Source: an uncultured Collinsella sp. (lineage in GTDB: Bacteria; Actinomycetota; Coriobacteriia; Coriobacteriales; Coriobacteriaceae). From it: a DNA stretch of 64,000 nt. The translations under genes were made by a program, and so were the position numbers. Below the pieces are notes generated by a model that saw nothing but the letters and a program-made list of their open reading frames with translations, did no database searches and was not told the DNA's origin. The stretch's first letter is position 1, and each line of letters starts with the position of its first letter. This document shows, piece after piece, positions 28,881 to 40,758 of the stretch. Location of the stretch: contig USHA01000001.1 in assembly GCA_900554325.1 (NCBI GenBank), forward strand, positions 5,300-69,299, in the 5' to 3' direction.

Positions 28881-30365
28881 CTAACCACGCGACTCGTTAG
28901 GCAGCTCGATGGTGAAAACCGTCGCCTCGGGCGTGGAAGCGCAGGAAATGGTGCCCCCGTGCGCGGAAACGATCTCCTTGGCGATCGCCAGGCCAAGCCC
29001 CGCGCCACCGCGGTTGGTCGCGCGCGCGGCATCCAGCCGGTAGAACTTCTCGAAGATCATGCCGAGCTTGGGAGCGGGAATCGGGTCACCCTGGTTTTCG
29101 AAGCGCACGACCACGCTATCGGACGTCTGCTCGGCAAAGATCCGAATGGTCGACCCCTCGTAGCTGTACGCGATCGCGTTCTTCATCACGTTATTGAACA
29201 CGCGCGCCATCTTGTCGCCATCGATGAGCACGATGAGACTCGCGGTTGCCTCCACCTCAACTGATTTTCCTTGCTCGGTGAGGATGGGATAGAATTCGTC
29301 GGCGACCTGCGCGAGCAGCAACGCCAAGTCAACATAGCCGCGGGTAAGCACGATGTCGTGGAAGTCGAAGCGCGTGATGTCGAAGAATTCCTCGATGAGT
29401 GCATCCAGGCGGTGCGCCTTGTCGAGCGCGATGCCCGTAAAGCGAGCGCGCTGCTCGACGGGCAAGTCGGGAGCCTCCTCGAGAAGCGAGAGGTAGCCCA
29501 CCACGCTCGCCAGCGGCGTTTTGAGGTCGTGCGCGAGATAGGTGACGAGGTCGTCTTTGCGGCGGGCCTCGTCGCGCAGGGCATCCGCCACCTGACGTTC
29601 GCGGTTGCGCACGCGGTTGATAGCGCCCTCCACCTCGAGAAACGTACCATCAAGATTCGCCACGTTCTCGGGGTGCTCAATGAGACGGTCGACCAGATGC
29701 GCGGCGATCGCACGATCTGCCAGAGCCTGGCCGCGGTCGTACCCCATGTAATACATCGCGCGACCGGCAAAAAAGACACCGCACACCGCGAGCGCGAGCA
29801 AAAAGCCGCAGAACATGAACAGGTAGTCGAGGTCAATGAAAAGCCTGCCGGCGCCCATCGTGAAAAGACGGCCCAAGAACAGGACGATGAACCACGCAAG
29901 GCCGCCGAGCGTAACTGCGCGGCGGGCCGTGATAAACCGGTCGATGAGCATGTACCCCACCACGACCACAATGAGGAAGGCGGGGAAGTTCTCGCCCGCC
30001 ACCACCGAGAACGATATCAGCACGAGCACCACGATGGAGAGCAGGCGGCTATCGAGAATGTTGCGCATCTTGGCAAGGAGCTCGTCCATGGAGTCGTTCG
30101 ACGTGGTGAACGTGCGGTCCCCCGCGAGCGAGGAAGCCGAATCACGGGTGCCAGATGCGAGGGGCGCGCTGGCGGTGGGTGTGCCAAAGCCGCATCCATC
30201 CGCTCTGGTTCCGCCTTTGGGAGATGGGGCGGAAGAACCCGTTGGAGTCGCGTCCAGCGATGCAGCGACGTCCGCCACGTTGCCTGTCCGCGTATTCGGA
30301 GCACCCGTCATGGGGTTAACGGGCAAATGGCCCCCTCGCCTCGATGCCTGCTTGTCGTTCCACAT
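28881..30365 (-). CDS. Membrane sensor histidine kinase (VanS-like), orphan
   Basis: YLAHDLKTPL, NAIAYS, FYRLD, GAGLGLAIAKEIV; about 4 TM segments. Confidence 0.85.
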   Translation of the reverse strand: MWNDKQASRRGGHLPVNPMTGAPNTRTGNVADVAASLDATPTGSSAPSPKGGTRADGCGFGTPTASAPLASGTRDSASSLAGDRTFTTSNDSMDELLAKMRNILDSRLLSIVVLVLISFSVVAGENFPAFLIVVVVGYMLIDRFITARRAVTLGGLAWFIVLFLGRLFTMGAGRLFIDLDYLFMFCGFLLALAVCGVFFAGRAMYYMGYDRGQALADRAIAAHLVDRLIEHPENVANLDGTFLEVEGAINRVRNRERQVADALRDEARRKDDLVTYLAHDLKTPLASVVGYLSLLEEAPDLPVEQRARFTGIALDKAHRLDALIEEFFDITRFDFHDIVLTRGYVDLALLLAQVADEFYPILTEQGKSVEVEATASLIVLIDGDKMARVFNNVMKNAIAYSYEGSTIRIFAEQTSDSVVVRFENQGDPIPAPKLGMIFEKFYRLDAARATNRGGAGLGLAIAKEIVSAHGGTISCASTPEATVFTIELPNESRG

Positions 30366-30616
30366 AGCCACTCGCTCTCGCCCGAGGTGGCATGATCGCG
30401 CGCGACCATGATTACATTCCTGCATCCATTATGACCAATGCAGCCCCGCATCAATCGGCATGCGGGTACATTAAGCGAGGATTAAGTGGGGGCGAGTCTC
30501 CGCGTGCCTTGATGCGGGGCGCTGCGAACAACGCCCCGCCAAGCAATGCGCCCGCTCAATGCCGAGCAAGGGAATACAATAGGCGGACGGACGGATTCGC
30601 GTTCGCGCGAACCTCG

Positions 30617-30780
30617 ATACGGGTACACGGAGGCGTGCCCGCACTCGCCCACGCCGGACAGATGAACTCATGGAGCCAGATTCCCGAGCTCGTCCAAGCG
30701 GGGCTTATGGGCATCGAGGTGCATCACCCTGACCACGGCTCCAAGGCCGTTGAGCAGGCGCGCGAGGCTGCCCCGTTCGC
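30617..30780 (+). pseudogene. Fragment of PHP-domain phosphoesterase
   Basis: GGVPALAHAG...GLMGIEVHHPDH internal motifs with no N-terminal HxH part; ends approximate. Confidence 0.6.
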
Positions 30781-30900
30781 CGACGCGCACGGGCGAACGA
30801 TGCGAGGCATGACGAGAGAACACGACACAAGAGCAAAGGAGCTTATCAGCATCGGTCGATCGTCAGCGCGGCTTATCCGCACGCTATCTCTGAAGATGAA

Positions 30901-30929
30901 AGGCGGCCGTCCCTGCAAGGATGGCCGCC
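30901..30929. terminator. Hairpin downstream of M24 peptidase
   Basis: GGCGGCCGTCC...GGATGGCCGCC inverted repeat. Confidence 0.5.
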
Positions 30930-30946
30930 CATCGCATAGGCAAACG

Positions 30947-32347
30947 TTATTTGCGCAGCACGAGCGCCTTGTCTTTGGCAAGGAGATATGGACGCAGATA
31001 TGCAACGGTGCCGCACATGGGGAGAACGTCCTCACTGAGGTCGATTCCAAGCACATCTTGAATGTATGCGCGCCGTTGCACAACACGGGACCAGAACGCA
31101 GGATACTCCCAGGCGATTTCTTCGCGCAGTGCCCTATCCGCGAGGGCAACCGTGCTCTCCGCGTTTGCCCCACCGTACCCCGACACCGAGGGAATGATGT
31201 CGATCTGGAAGAGCATCCCGCTGCGAAGCGTTTCCACAGACCCCTCATATACCGGAGAGCTCAGCCACTCCTCCTCTGCGGTCAGATGCCCCGGACACAA
31301 ACTCCAGCCATAGTCAGACCGAGGGAGCACCCGCTCAATCTCGTTGAATAGCTCGCCGCCCTCCATTCCAACGTGAATCGTCTCAAGCCAATGGGCGTAG
31401 GCGTGGAAATAGGGCGCAGCGACACGTTCGATGTAATCGGAACAGCCAGAAGGAAGATCCTCCGCACACGATACTGCATATGCAGAGCGACTTGAGAGAC
31501 CGCCGCTATACCCAACAGTCAGTGCGATGGGATCGCCCAGTTTTACCATATTGTCCGTTGGGAACATATTGGCTTTTTCAAAGCGAGGGCCGCTGGCGGC
31601 AATCGTAACCACGCTCGTGTGCTGCCCGTAGCGCACCAGCTTATCTCCAAGCTCCAACTCGGTGACACCAGGCTCGATCGAGTCCATGGCGTCGAGCACG
31701 CAATCGGACGCAAGCGATGCTCCAAACTCATAATGCGCCAGCTCATTGGCATTGTTTGTAGTGCGAGCGCCCCCTTCGCCAATGAAAATGTCCGCCGCAT
31801 TCACCAAGAGGCCATCAGACCCAATGATGCAGCGCAGCTCATCCACGATAAATGCTGGCAGGTCAATAGAGGCGTCAGCGTCCTGATGCGGGCTGGTAAA
31901 CATCTTCCAACCAACAGCCCCCACCCGCGAGCCCGGCACAACACCCGCATCACTGAGCATTTCTCGCAGCGTCTTGCCCACCACATCCGGCTGATTTGGC
32001 AAAGAAAAGAGCGGCGCATGAACAACGCCATCTTGCTCCACCGCAATTCGAGCCTTCGAGGCCTTGTTGAGGTTTTCATTACCCAAAACGAAATGCAATT
32101 CGCCGTCCGAATTCACAATGAGCAACGACTCTTCAAACCTCGTAAAGAAGCCGGCAAGATAGTTAAAGTTTCCCGAATGCTCAACGTCGCAGTATATGAC
32201 AAGCTGGTCGAGACCACGGCGGCGCATGCCATCAAGAACTTTGTCCAAGCGCTCCTGAATCGTATCGTCTGTCAAGGGGACAGGTTTCCCCGAACAATCA
32301 CGCAAGGGTTCAGGAACCTTGACGAGCTGTACATGACGTTTATCCAT
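30947..32347 (-). CDS. M24 family (Xaa-Pro aminopeptidase-like) protein
   Basis: Creatinase-like N-domain; LCPGHLT, FQIDIIP, ESTVALAD. Confidence 0.75.
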   Translation of the reverse strand: MDKRHVQLVKVPEPLRDCSGKPVPLTDDTIQERLDKVLDGMRRRGLDQLVIYCDVEHSGNFNYLAGFFTRFEESLLIVNSDGELHFVLGNENLNKASKARIAVEQDGVVHAPLFSLPNQPDVVGKTLREMLSDAGVVPGSRVGAVGWKMFTSPHQDADASIDLPAFIVDELRCIIGSDGLLVNAADIFIGEGGARTTNNANELAHYEFGASLASDCVLDAMDSIEPGVTELELGDKLVRYGQHTSVVTIAASGPRFEKANMFPTDNMVKLGDPIALTVGYSGGLSSRSAYAVSCAEDLPSGCSDYIERVAAPYFHAYAHWLETIHVGMEGGELFNEIERVLPRSDYGWSLCPGHLTAEEEWLSSPVYEGSVETLRSGMLFQIDIIPSVSGYGGANAESTVALADRALREEIAWEYPAFWSRVVQRRAYIQDVLGIDLSEDVLPMCGTVAYLRPYLLAKDKALVLRK

Positions 32348-32367
32348 AATCAGTTGCCCTTCCATAC

Positions 32368-33894
<1,527 letters not shown>

Positions 33895-33939
33895 CTATCC
33901 CTAGCGGCGCCTCTCCAAACGAAGAGACGCGCCTGCACA

Positions 33940-35388
33940 TCAAATATCGTCAATGGGATACATCGGACGCATGATGCGCTTGAGAGGAAGCTTCGCAGTG
34001 TTCTGGTACGTGGCACCCGGGGTAAGTGACATGACGGAGATTGCACCGAACCCCTTCATTTCCGGGAAGATGTAGCCTTGTTTGACAACGACAAGGTCGT
34101 AGTTCTCCCATTTGGCGCCGATCGCCTCGAATTGATGGCGTTCGACCATACCATGACTCGTCTCGATAACCATAATGTCGATAGAGCGGTCCACCAGGCC
34201 CTCTACGGACACGAGAATCCCCTCTCCGTAGTCACCCTGATAACCCAAAAAGCCTTCCATTCGACCACGAGATTGCAGGACCACGTCCAATTCAACGGGA
34301 GCTGACAGCTCATCGATATCCATGCCGAGGCAAATATGCGCACGAGCCCCAACATCCTTGCCGCTGAAAAGACCCACGACATCCTGATCAGTGATTGCTC
34401 CGAACAGCACACGTTTACCCGCCGCACCAGCGCTAGAAAGAACCTGACGTAGGACAAGCGTGTTTGCACCCGTCGCGCCGGACGTCACATTGTCGCCCGA
34501 GTCCGCCAAGAAGGCAGTTCCAGACTCAATTGCCAACGCGGATGACAGTGCATCTTCCGGCTCCAATGTGAGTCCCGTGTAGCGGAACTCGCAGCGGCGC
34601 TCCCACACGAACGTCGCGAGCTCGTCCGCCTTCCGCTCGGCGTACTCCTGGTCCTCGCCTCGTTGGGGGACGACCACGACACCGCAGCCCGCGACATCGG
34701 TATCGTGGCGGATGTAGCCGACGTGCCAGGAGGCGGACCGAACGCGGGGGTCCTTCTCCATCTCATCCATGAACACGTTGATGCTGCGCACCGGCTCGTC
34801 AGCCGAGACGGACTGCTCCCCGCCCAGGATGAGGGGTAGTTTACGATACGCCGGCCGGATATCCTGACGATCTTTCAGCAAATCGACAAGCATGCGGCAG
34901 CATATTTTGACCGTATCTGCAAGATCGGTATGTGGGCTCTCGCGATACGAACGGATGACCGTCGTCTCGCGTACGTACTGTGCACACAGATTGCCATGAG
35001 AGTCGCAAGGCACCACAATCGGCATGTAGGGGCCAACTATGTTCCTCACTTCATGAAGAATGTGGTGCTCACTAGACCCAAGTCCCTCAACTTCTCCCGC
35101 TCCGTGCAAATGAAGCATCATGCCGTCGATCTCGCTGAGGTGCTCGCGAATATCGCTGAGCAATCGCCCCTCGAGATAATCGAACGCGCCCCGCTCAATA
35201 AGCCCGCCAGAAAACCCGTTTGCATATATGGATGGAATAACCTCTATCCCCGCATCGCCAAACACCGTGCCGAGGTTCATCTGATCGATTGCATCCGCGC
35301 CATAGCGGGTATCAAAACAGTCGAGTGTCATCTTGCTGGGAATATGCTCATTACATTCCGCGATAAACTGTGCGACAAGGACCTTCAT
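33940..35388 (-). CDS. M81 family metallopeptidase (MlrC-like)
   Basis: ECN, LHLHGA, DSHGN, YRESPHTD, DSGDNVTSG, VVKQGY. Confidence 0.85.
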   Translation of the reverse strand: MKVLVAQFIAECNEHIPSKMTLDCFDTRYGADAIDQMNLGTVFGDAGIEVIPSIYANGFSGGLIERGAFDYLEGRLLSDIREHLSEIDGMMLHLHGAGEVEGLGSSEHHILHEVRNIVGPYMPIVVPCDSHGNLCAQYVRETTVIRSYRESPHTDLADTVKICCRMLVDLLKDRQDIRPAYRKLPLILGGEQSVSADEPVRSINVFMDEMEKDPRVRSASWHVGYIRHDTDVAGCGVVVVPQRGEDQEYAERKADELATFVWERRCEFRYTGLTLEPEDALSSALAIESGTAFLADSGDNVTSGATGANTLVLRQVLSSAGAAGKRVLFGAITDQDVVGLFSGKDVGARAHICLGMDIDELSAPVELDVVLQSRGRMEGFLGYQGDYGEGILVSVEGLVDRSIDIMVIETSHGMVERHQFEAIGAKWENYDLVVVKQGYIFPEMKGFGAISVMSLTPGATYQNTAKLPLKRIMRPMYPIDDI

Positions 35389-35446
35389 GCTCCCACCTCA
35401 CAAGATATTGATGGCGGGACGAGCTTGACGCCACGCCACTCAAAAG

Positions 35447-36838
35447 CTACTTCACAGCGTTCTCTGCGTTTCCCAGCTTCCTGAGAATAATTGTCGAAAC
35501 AATAAAGGCGACGGCAACCGTGAGAACACCCGACCCGATTGCAAGGATCATGTTGCCCATCGATCCGTCTGCCGGAAGGAAGAAAAGGAGCGACAGAAAT
35601 CCCGGGCATCCACCAGCAACATAATTCTGCAAACCAAAGAGGCCAGCAACGAATCCACCAACAATGGCACCCGCAGCGGTACCAATCAAAATTCGAGGAC
35701 GCATAATCAGCGCACCATAAAACGCCGGCTCCGTAACGCCGCAGAGAGCCGTTACGCCAAAGGAGGCGATCATTCCGCGACGACCCTTGTCCTTGAGCGA
35801 AAGCGCGACTGCCAACGCCGTTCCACCAACTGCAAGATTGGAGATATACCCCATGGGCATAATTGCCAAGTCGTAACCAATGCTGGCAATACTCTCGACC
35901 ATAATGGGATTCATAGCCTTGTCCAGCCCAAGCATCACCATATAGGGATACAGGGCAGAGCAAATGGGCATGGCGATGGCGCCCGCCACGCCAAACAGAT
36001 TCATAACAAGCGAACCGACAAAACCGGAAAGCTCCGTGCCGATGGGGCCAAGCACGATGAGGGTGACTGGAACCACAACAATCATCGTAAACAGCGGTTT
36101 CAAGAAATAGCGGAACATCTCCGGAATGATCTTCTTGAGCAACTTGTCAACGTAGAACATGAAGACTGTGCCAAGCACCACAGGTATGACGCTCGAATTG
36201 TAATCTACGGTCGGAATCGGGATTCCCATAAAGTCGAGGCCCTCAACACCGCTGATCGACCCACTGACCAAAACTGCACCGAGAAATGCGCCCATGATGG
36301 GTTCCATCTTGAGCTGATTGGCGAGCGTCCAACCGATCCAGACGGGAAGCATCGAAAACCCCGCGCTGAAAATAGCTAGGCAAACCTGAGCAGTACCCGA
36401 CTCAACACCCAACCCAAGATAATTCACCATCAAATTCTTAATGGCGAGAATCAATCCTCCAGTGATAAGCGCAGGAATGATCGGCATGAATATCGCAGCG
36501 CAAGAATTTCCCAGCTTGTTCAGCCAGTACATGAAATCCTTGGTCTCTGGCTCATCGTCAACAACAAGACTTTCCTCACCTGAGGGCTTCCAGCCGGAAA
36601 CATCAAGGAACTCATGGTAAGCATCGTTAACCTCTGGACCGATGACTACTTGAACTTGGCCGCTCTTCTCTACGACGCCCACAACGTTCTCGACGTTACG
36701 AATCGCCTCAATATCCACGTTCGACTTTTGGATATACCGGATGCGCAAACGCGTAGCGCAGCGTTCCACAAGGGAGATGTTCTCCACTCCGCCCACGTTT
36801 GCCAACACCTGTTTGGACATCTCTGTGTATTTGCCCAT
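35447..36838 (-). CDS. PTS transporter EIIBC (beta-glucoside/sucrose family)
   Basis: CATRLR EIIB motif, QVVIGP, GVTEPAFYG. Confidence 0.92.
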   Translation of the reverse strand: MGKYTEMSKQVLANVGGVENISLVERCATRLRIRYIQKSNVDIEAIRNVENVVGVVEKSGQVQVVIGPEVNDAYHEFLDVSGWKPSGEESLVVDDEPETKDFMYWLNKLGNSCAAIFMPIIPALITGGLILAIKNLMVNYLGLGVESGTAQVCLAIFSAGFSMLPVWIGWTLANQLKMEPIMGAFLGAVLVSGSISGVEGLDFMGIPIPTVDYNSSVIPVVLGTVFMFYVDKLLKKIIPEMFRYFLKPLFTMIVVVPVTLIVLGPIGTELSGFVGSLVMNLFGVAGAIAMPICSALYPYMVMLGLDKAMNPIMVESIASIGYDLAIMPMGYISNLAVGGTALAVALSLKDKGRRGMIASFGVTALCGVTEPAFYGALIMRPRILIGTAAGAIVGGFVAGLFGLQNYVAGGCPGFLSLLFFLPADGSMGNMILAIGSGVLTVAVAFIVSTIILRKLGNAENAVK

Positions 36839-37235
36839 CGTTTACCCCTTCTGTAAAGCAGGAACATAACGGGAAGCCAAGCCTCCTATTGACCGGAATG
36901 TGAACCTCCCCCCCCCCCCGAACTCGTCGGGATCAACGTTTTTTCCGATCGGCATGCCCTCTACATGATCCGCTGCTCGAGATTTGCATCTCCACGAAGG
37001 TCTGCCATGCTAGACAAGGTCACTTTCATTCCTTAGTAACAGTATCTAACATTGATTCTCATTATTCTGTTATTTCGTGTTAGGTCAAGATATGGTCAAA
37101 ATGACTCGGCAAGCGGTAGTTCTTGCCTATTATTCCTCTTGTACCTGCGTGTTCTTTTTCGGTAAACGGTATTTGCGTCTAACTCGCATATCTTGAACTG
37201 CCTCTGTCTTATAAGGTTCTTTGCGTTAAGAATTG

Positions 37236-38000
37236 TTATGCGCAGATTACCTTGACTCCAGCCGCCATGAACGCTTCGCGCAGGGCAGAATCGAGCCCGG
37301 AATCAGTAATAACCACATCGATTTTGTCCAGCTGTGCTACCTTGTAGAAAAAAGACTTCCCGAACTTTGTGCTATCTGCCAGCAAGACAACCTGCTTTGC
37401 CTGGTCGATGAGCACTTCTTTCGAATGCCCGTCGGCTACATCCACAACCGAAACGCCTTCTGCAAGATCGACACCTTCGATAGTGAGGAACAGCGTATCG
37501 ATCTGGAATTTCTTAATAAAGTCGTCAGTCAATGGCCCCATGAACGCCATCGACATGGCGCGGTACTCACCCGGACACATGATCATGCTTGCCCGGTGGG
37601 AAACCGATAGCTCCTGTGCTGCCAATAACGAGTGTGTCATGATGTTGACGCTTCTGTTATTTCGCGCCAACAAAGCCGCGAGCTCTTTTGCAGTCGTTCC
37701 GGCATCGAGGAAGATGGAGTCTCCGTCTTGGATATAACCCAGACAGGCGCGCGCAATCCTCTTCTTTTCCTCAACTGCAATATCGTGTTTTACCAGCATG
37801 CTATATTCTTGCAGGGCGCCATCGTTCATGACCGCAAGACCCTGAGAGACGGTAATCGAGCCATTTCCGGCAAGCTCTTTCAAATCACGTCGAACAGTCA
37901 TGCTCGATACATTGAAACGGCGTGCAAGATCATTAAGGTCGCAGCTTCCCTCTTTTTGAAGCGTATCCAAAATTGCATGTCGCCGTTCAATTATTTTCAT
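37236..38000 (-). CDS. DeoR/GlpR family transcriptional regulator
   Basis: VSSMTVRRDL, FLDAGTT, LADSTKFG. Confidence 0.92.
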   Translation of the reverse strand: MKIIERRHAILDTLQKEGSCDLNDLARRFNVSSMTVRRDLKELAGNGSITVSQGLAVMNDGALQEYSMLVKHDIAVEEKKRIARACLGYIQDGDSIFLDAGTTAKELAALLARNNRSVNIMTHSLLAAQELSVSHRASMIMCPGEYRAMSMAFMGPLTDDFIKKFQIDTLFLTIEGVDLAEGVSVVDVADGHSKEVLIDQAKQVVLLADSTKFGKSFFYKVAQLDKIDVVITDSGLDSALREAFMAAGVKVICA

Positions 38001-38208
38001 AAGGATCCATTCCGAATAACAAGCAATTACATTGCAATCGTATCACTATGGAAGATTGCGCGTTTCAAACAGCCGAATTACTGTCAATCGCACAGGCAAA
38101 ACATTGCCCTCGTTCCCTCCTCATGCACATATCTATTTTACATTTATCACTATTATGTTATTTCTTGTGATACTCTGTGATTACGGCCATCAAATGGAGG
38201 GAGCTTCT

Positions 38209-39675
38209 ATGAAAATCCTTGTCGGCAAATTCACTCTCGAATCAAATGAACATGTCCCCATGAAGTGTGACTTGGAGAACGTCGCCCTCTCCTACGCATC
38301 GGAGTCTCTTTGCCACATGCATCTCGGCAATGTATTTGATCGAGATGACATTGAAGTCATTCCTACGATTTGCGCCGACGCCGCATGCAGCGGGGTCATG
38401 AAGAAGCGAGCTTACGAGCATATCGCCGGAACGATCACTGATGCAGTCCGGGCCAATCTTTCCACTCTTGACGGCATCTACCTCTGCCTTCATGGGGCGA
38501 GTTATGTTGAGGAAGTGGGCTCGGGCGAACACGAACTTTTGGCACGTATCCGCGCAATTGTTGGCCCCTATCTTCCTATTGCGGTTTGCTGTGATCCTCA
38601 TGGCAACCTGACTAAGGACTATGTAGAGAGCTGCACGTTCATCCGCAGCTATCGAGAAAGCCCTCATACTGATATTGCCGAGTCGGTTCATCGCACCTGC
38701 CGCGAACTGATTGCCTTCGTCGATGAGGGACGCCGCCCTGTTCCTGTCTACCGAAAGCTCCCCCTCATTCTTGGCGGAGAGCAATCCGTTTCTTCTGATG
38801 AGCCTGTTCGGAGCATTAATGCATATCTTGACGAACTCGAGCGGGATGAAGGAATCCTCTCCGCATCTTGGCATGTTGGCTATCTGAGACACGACTGCCC
38901 CGAAGCTGGATGCGGAGTTGTTGTCGTACCCAGATCGATGGACGACCGGCTCCATGCCGGAAAAATAGCCGACAACCTTGCCTCGTACGTTTGGGAACGC
39001 CGCTTCAAATTCCACTATACCGGCACGACCGCTGAACCTGATCAGGCGCTCGAGATGGCGCTGAAATGCGAAGGCACGCCTGCATTCGTCACGGATTCTG
39101 GAGATAACGTCACTTCGGGCGCCATGGGTGCCAACACCTTCATCTTACGGCAAGTTCTCGCCTTGGATCCCAAACAACTTGAAACCAAGAGCTTCCTTTT
39201 CGCCTCTATCCATGATGACTCAGCTTGCCACCAGCTCATGGGTCTTGCTGTTGGCACTTCTGCGGAAATCAAACTCGGCATTGGCGCGGATGCAATGAGT
39301 GAACCTGTTTCCCTCACCGTTGAAGTAATTGCAAACGGTCGGCAAGAGGGGACGCATATGTACGGTGAAGAGGGTGATTACGGGCCGATTGTCACCGTCA
39401 AGGTCGTCGATCGCCCGATTTACATTGCGATCACCGACAACAATCACTCATTTGTCGAGGAACACCAACTTGACGCATGCAATCTCGCCACCCGCGGAAT
39501 TGACTGGCGCAACATTGATGTCATCGTTGTAAAGCAAGGCTATATCCATCCTGAGCTCAAGGCGGCGGGAGATTTTTCCGTCATGTCGCTCACCGACGGT
39601 GCAACGCCCCAAAACACCAAGTTGATCGACTTCAGGCGCATCATGAGGCCGATGTTCCCAATTGACGAGATATAG
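38209..39675 (+). CDS. M81 family metallopeptidase (MlrC-like), paralog 2
   Basis: ESN, LCLHGA, DPHGN, YRESPHTD, DSGDNVTSG; GGAGG RBS before ATG 38209. Confidence 0.85.
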   Translation: MKILVGKFTLESNEHVPMKCDLENVALSYASESLCHMHLGNVFDRDDIEVIPTICADAACSGVMKKRAYEHIAGTITDAVRANLSTLDGIYLCLHGASYVEEVGSGEHELLARIRAIVGPYLPIAVCCDPHGNLTKDYVESCTFIRSYRESPHTDIAESVHRTCRELIAFVDEGRRPVPVYRKLPLILGGEQSVSSDEPVRSINAYLDELERDEGILSASWHVGYLRHDCPEAGCGVVVVPRSMDDRLHAGKIADNLASYVWERRFKFHYTGTTAEPDQALEMALKCEGTPAFVTDSGDNVTSGAMGANTFILRQVLALDPKQLETKSFLFASIHDDSACHQLMGLAVGTSAEIKLGIGADAMSEPVSLTVEVIANGRQEGTHMYGEEGDYGPIVTVKVVDRPIYIAITDNNHSFVEEHQLDACNLATRGIDWRNIDVIVVKQGYIHPELKAAGDFSVMSLTDGATPQNTKLIDFRRIMRPMFPIDEI

Positions 39676-40040
39676 ACCGTGGATTGGAGGCAGTGTGGCC
39701 GCCGCCATTATTGGAGCTGCCGCACTGCTTCCACATTTCGAGCGTTGATCTCGCAAATCCTAGAAGCATTTATTCTCAAGCTTATTCCGATTTATGCTGC
39801 GCTGGCATCGATTCTGGTTGCAGAAGCGTCAATGCTCGTTGATATGAATGGCGTTCTCTATTGTCTGCAATACGGCATGGACACCAGCGATGATCTAATT
39901 ACGCCCTATTATCTTTTGTGGCTTCTCTCGTCAGAGCTCCTCTTATTGCCACGCTCGCAATTTGAGCATGAACAGGACATCATGGACGAGATCGGATGCT
40001 CGCCCTCACAGGCAATACAGTCCTACGCCCGACCATACGG

Positions 40041-40334
40041 CTACAGTTTTTTCCCGCACTCGTCAGGACTCCCCTGTCTGATCAACTCAAATCTATGCTC
40101 TTGTGAGACTAAAGGGTACTTGAAGTGGTCTACAGGACTCATGAACATTTCGAGCGGCCTGATGTACAAAGCGCAATCGCCATAAAGCGCACGATAAACT
40201 ACGTATAACTTTCCATCCTCAGAATGTCGAGCCGTACCGATAACTTGGTATTCCTTGCCCTTGAAATGTCGGTATATCCCGCCTTCAACGGGGACTGCTT
40301 GCTGCACTTCGCTAGCCACGACCATCCCTTGCAT
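40041..40334 (-). CDS. DUF1653 domain protein
   Basis: YRHFKGKEY, ARHSE, VVYRALYG, IRPLEMF...RF. Confidence 0.88.
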   Translation of the reverse strand: MQGMVVASEVQQAVPVEGGIYRHFKGKEYQVIGTARHSEDGKLYVVYRALYGDCALYIRPLEMFMSPVDHFKYPLVSQEHRFELIRQGSPDECGKKL

Positions 40335-40758
40335 CCCTTATCGAATCAACGGCTTTTACCACCTGATTTAAAAACATGCAAAACAGAATCAGACCACATA
40401 ACACTACCATGACAAGCAGACCAAACCATAATGCCGGCAGGTTAAAGTCCTGAACCGCTCCGTAAAACCCGGTCTTCAGAAGATCATACATATGGCTCCC
40501 CACCAGACCAACCGGGATAGCCAAGAGCACGCATTCGACAACCGCAATCATAAGTTCATGCCGAGCTTTTTTCATCTGTTCAGTTAACTCAATCTCTCGG
40601 CTACGCAATGCGATTTCTTGTGACCGCTCTTCGCAGATGTCAGAAATAATCTGACATTCGATTGCCTTCTGGGCCTCAAAACATGCACCAGGATCTTCAT
40701 CCGCATAATGGCGCTGGGCGTATTCGGCAATCAGACAACTGAGCAGCCGTGCCATCAC
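40312..40758 (-). CDS. Hypothetical protein with two C-terminal TM helices
   Basis: Start overlaps the dcd-like stop (ATGA); hydrophobic LMIAVVECVLLAIPVGLVG and LWFGLLVMVVLCGLILFCMFL. Confidence 0.7.
   Translation of the reverse strand: MMARLLSCLIAEYAQRHYADEDPGACFEAQKAIECQIISDICEERSQEIALRSREIELTEQMKKARHELMIAVVECVLLAIPVGLVGSHMYDLLKTGFYGAVQDFNLPALWFGLLVMVVLCGLILFCMFLNQVVKAVDSIRDARDGRG

Noticed and set aside
39679..40185. 168-aa + strand ORF
   Set aside because: Overlaps DUF1653 on the opposite strand, has a weak start and no recognisable motif.
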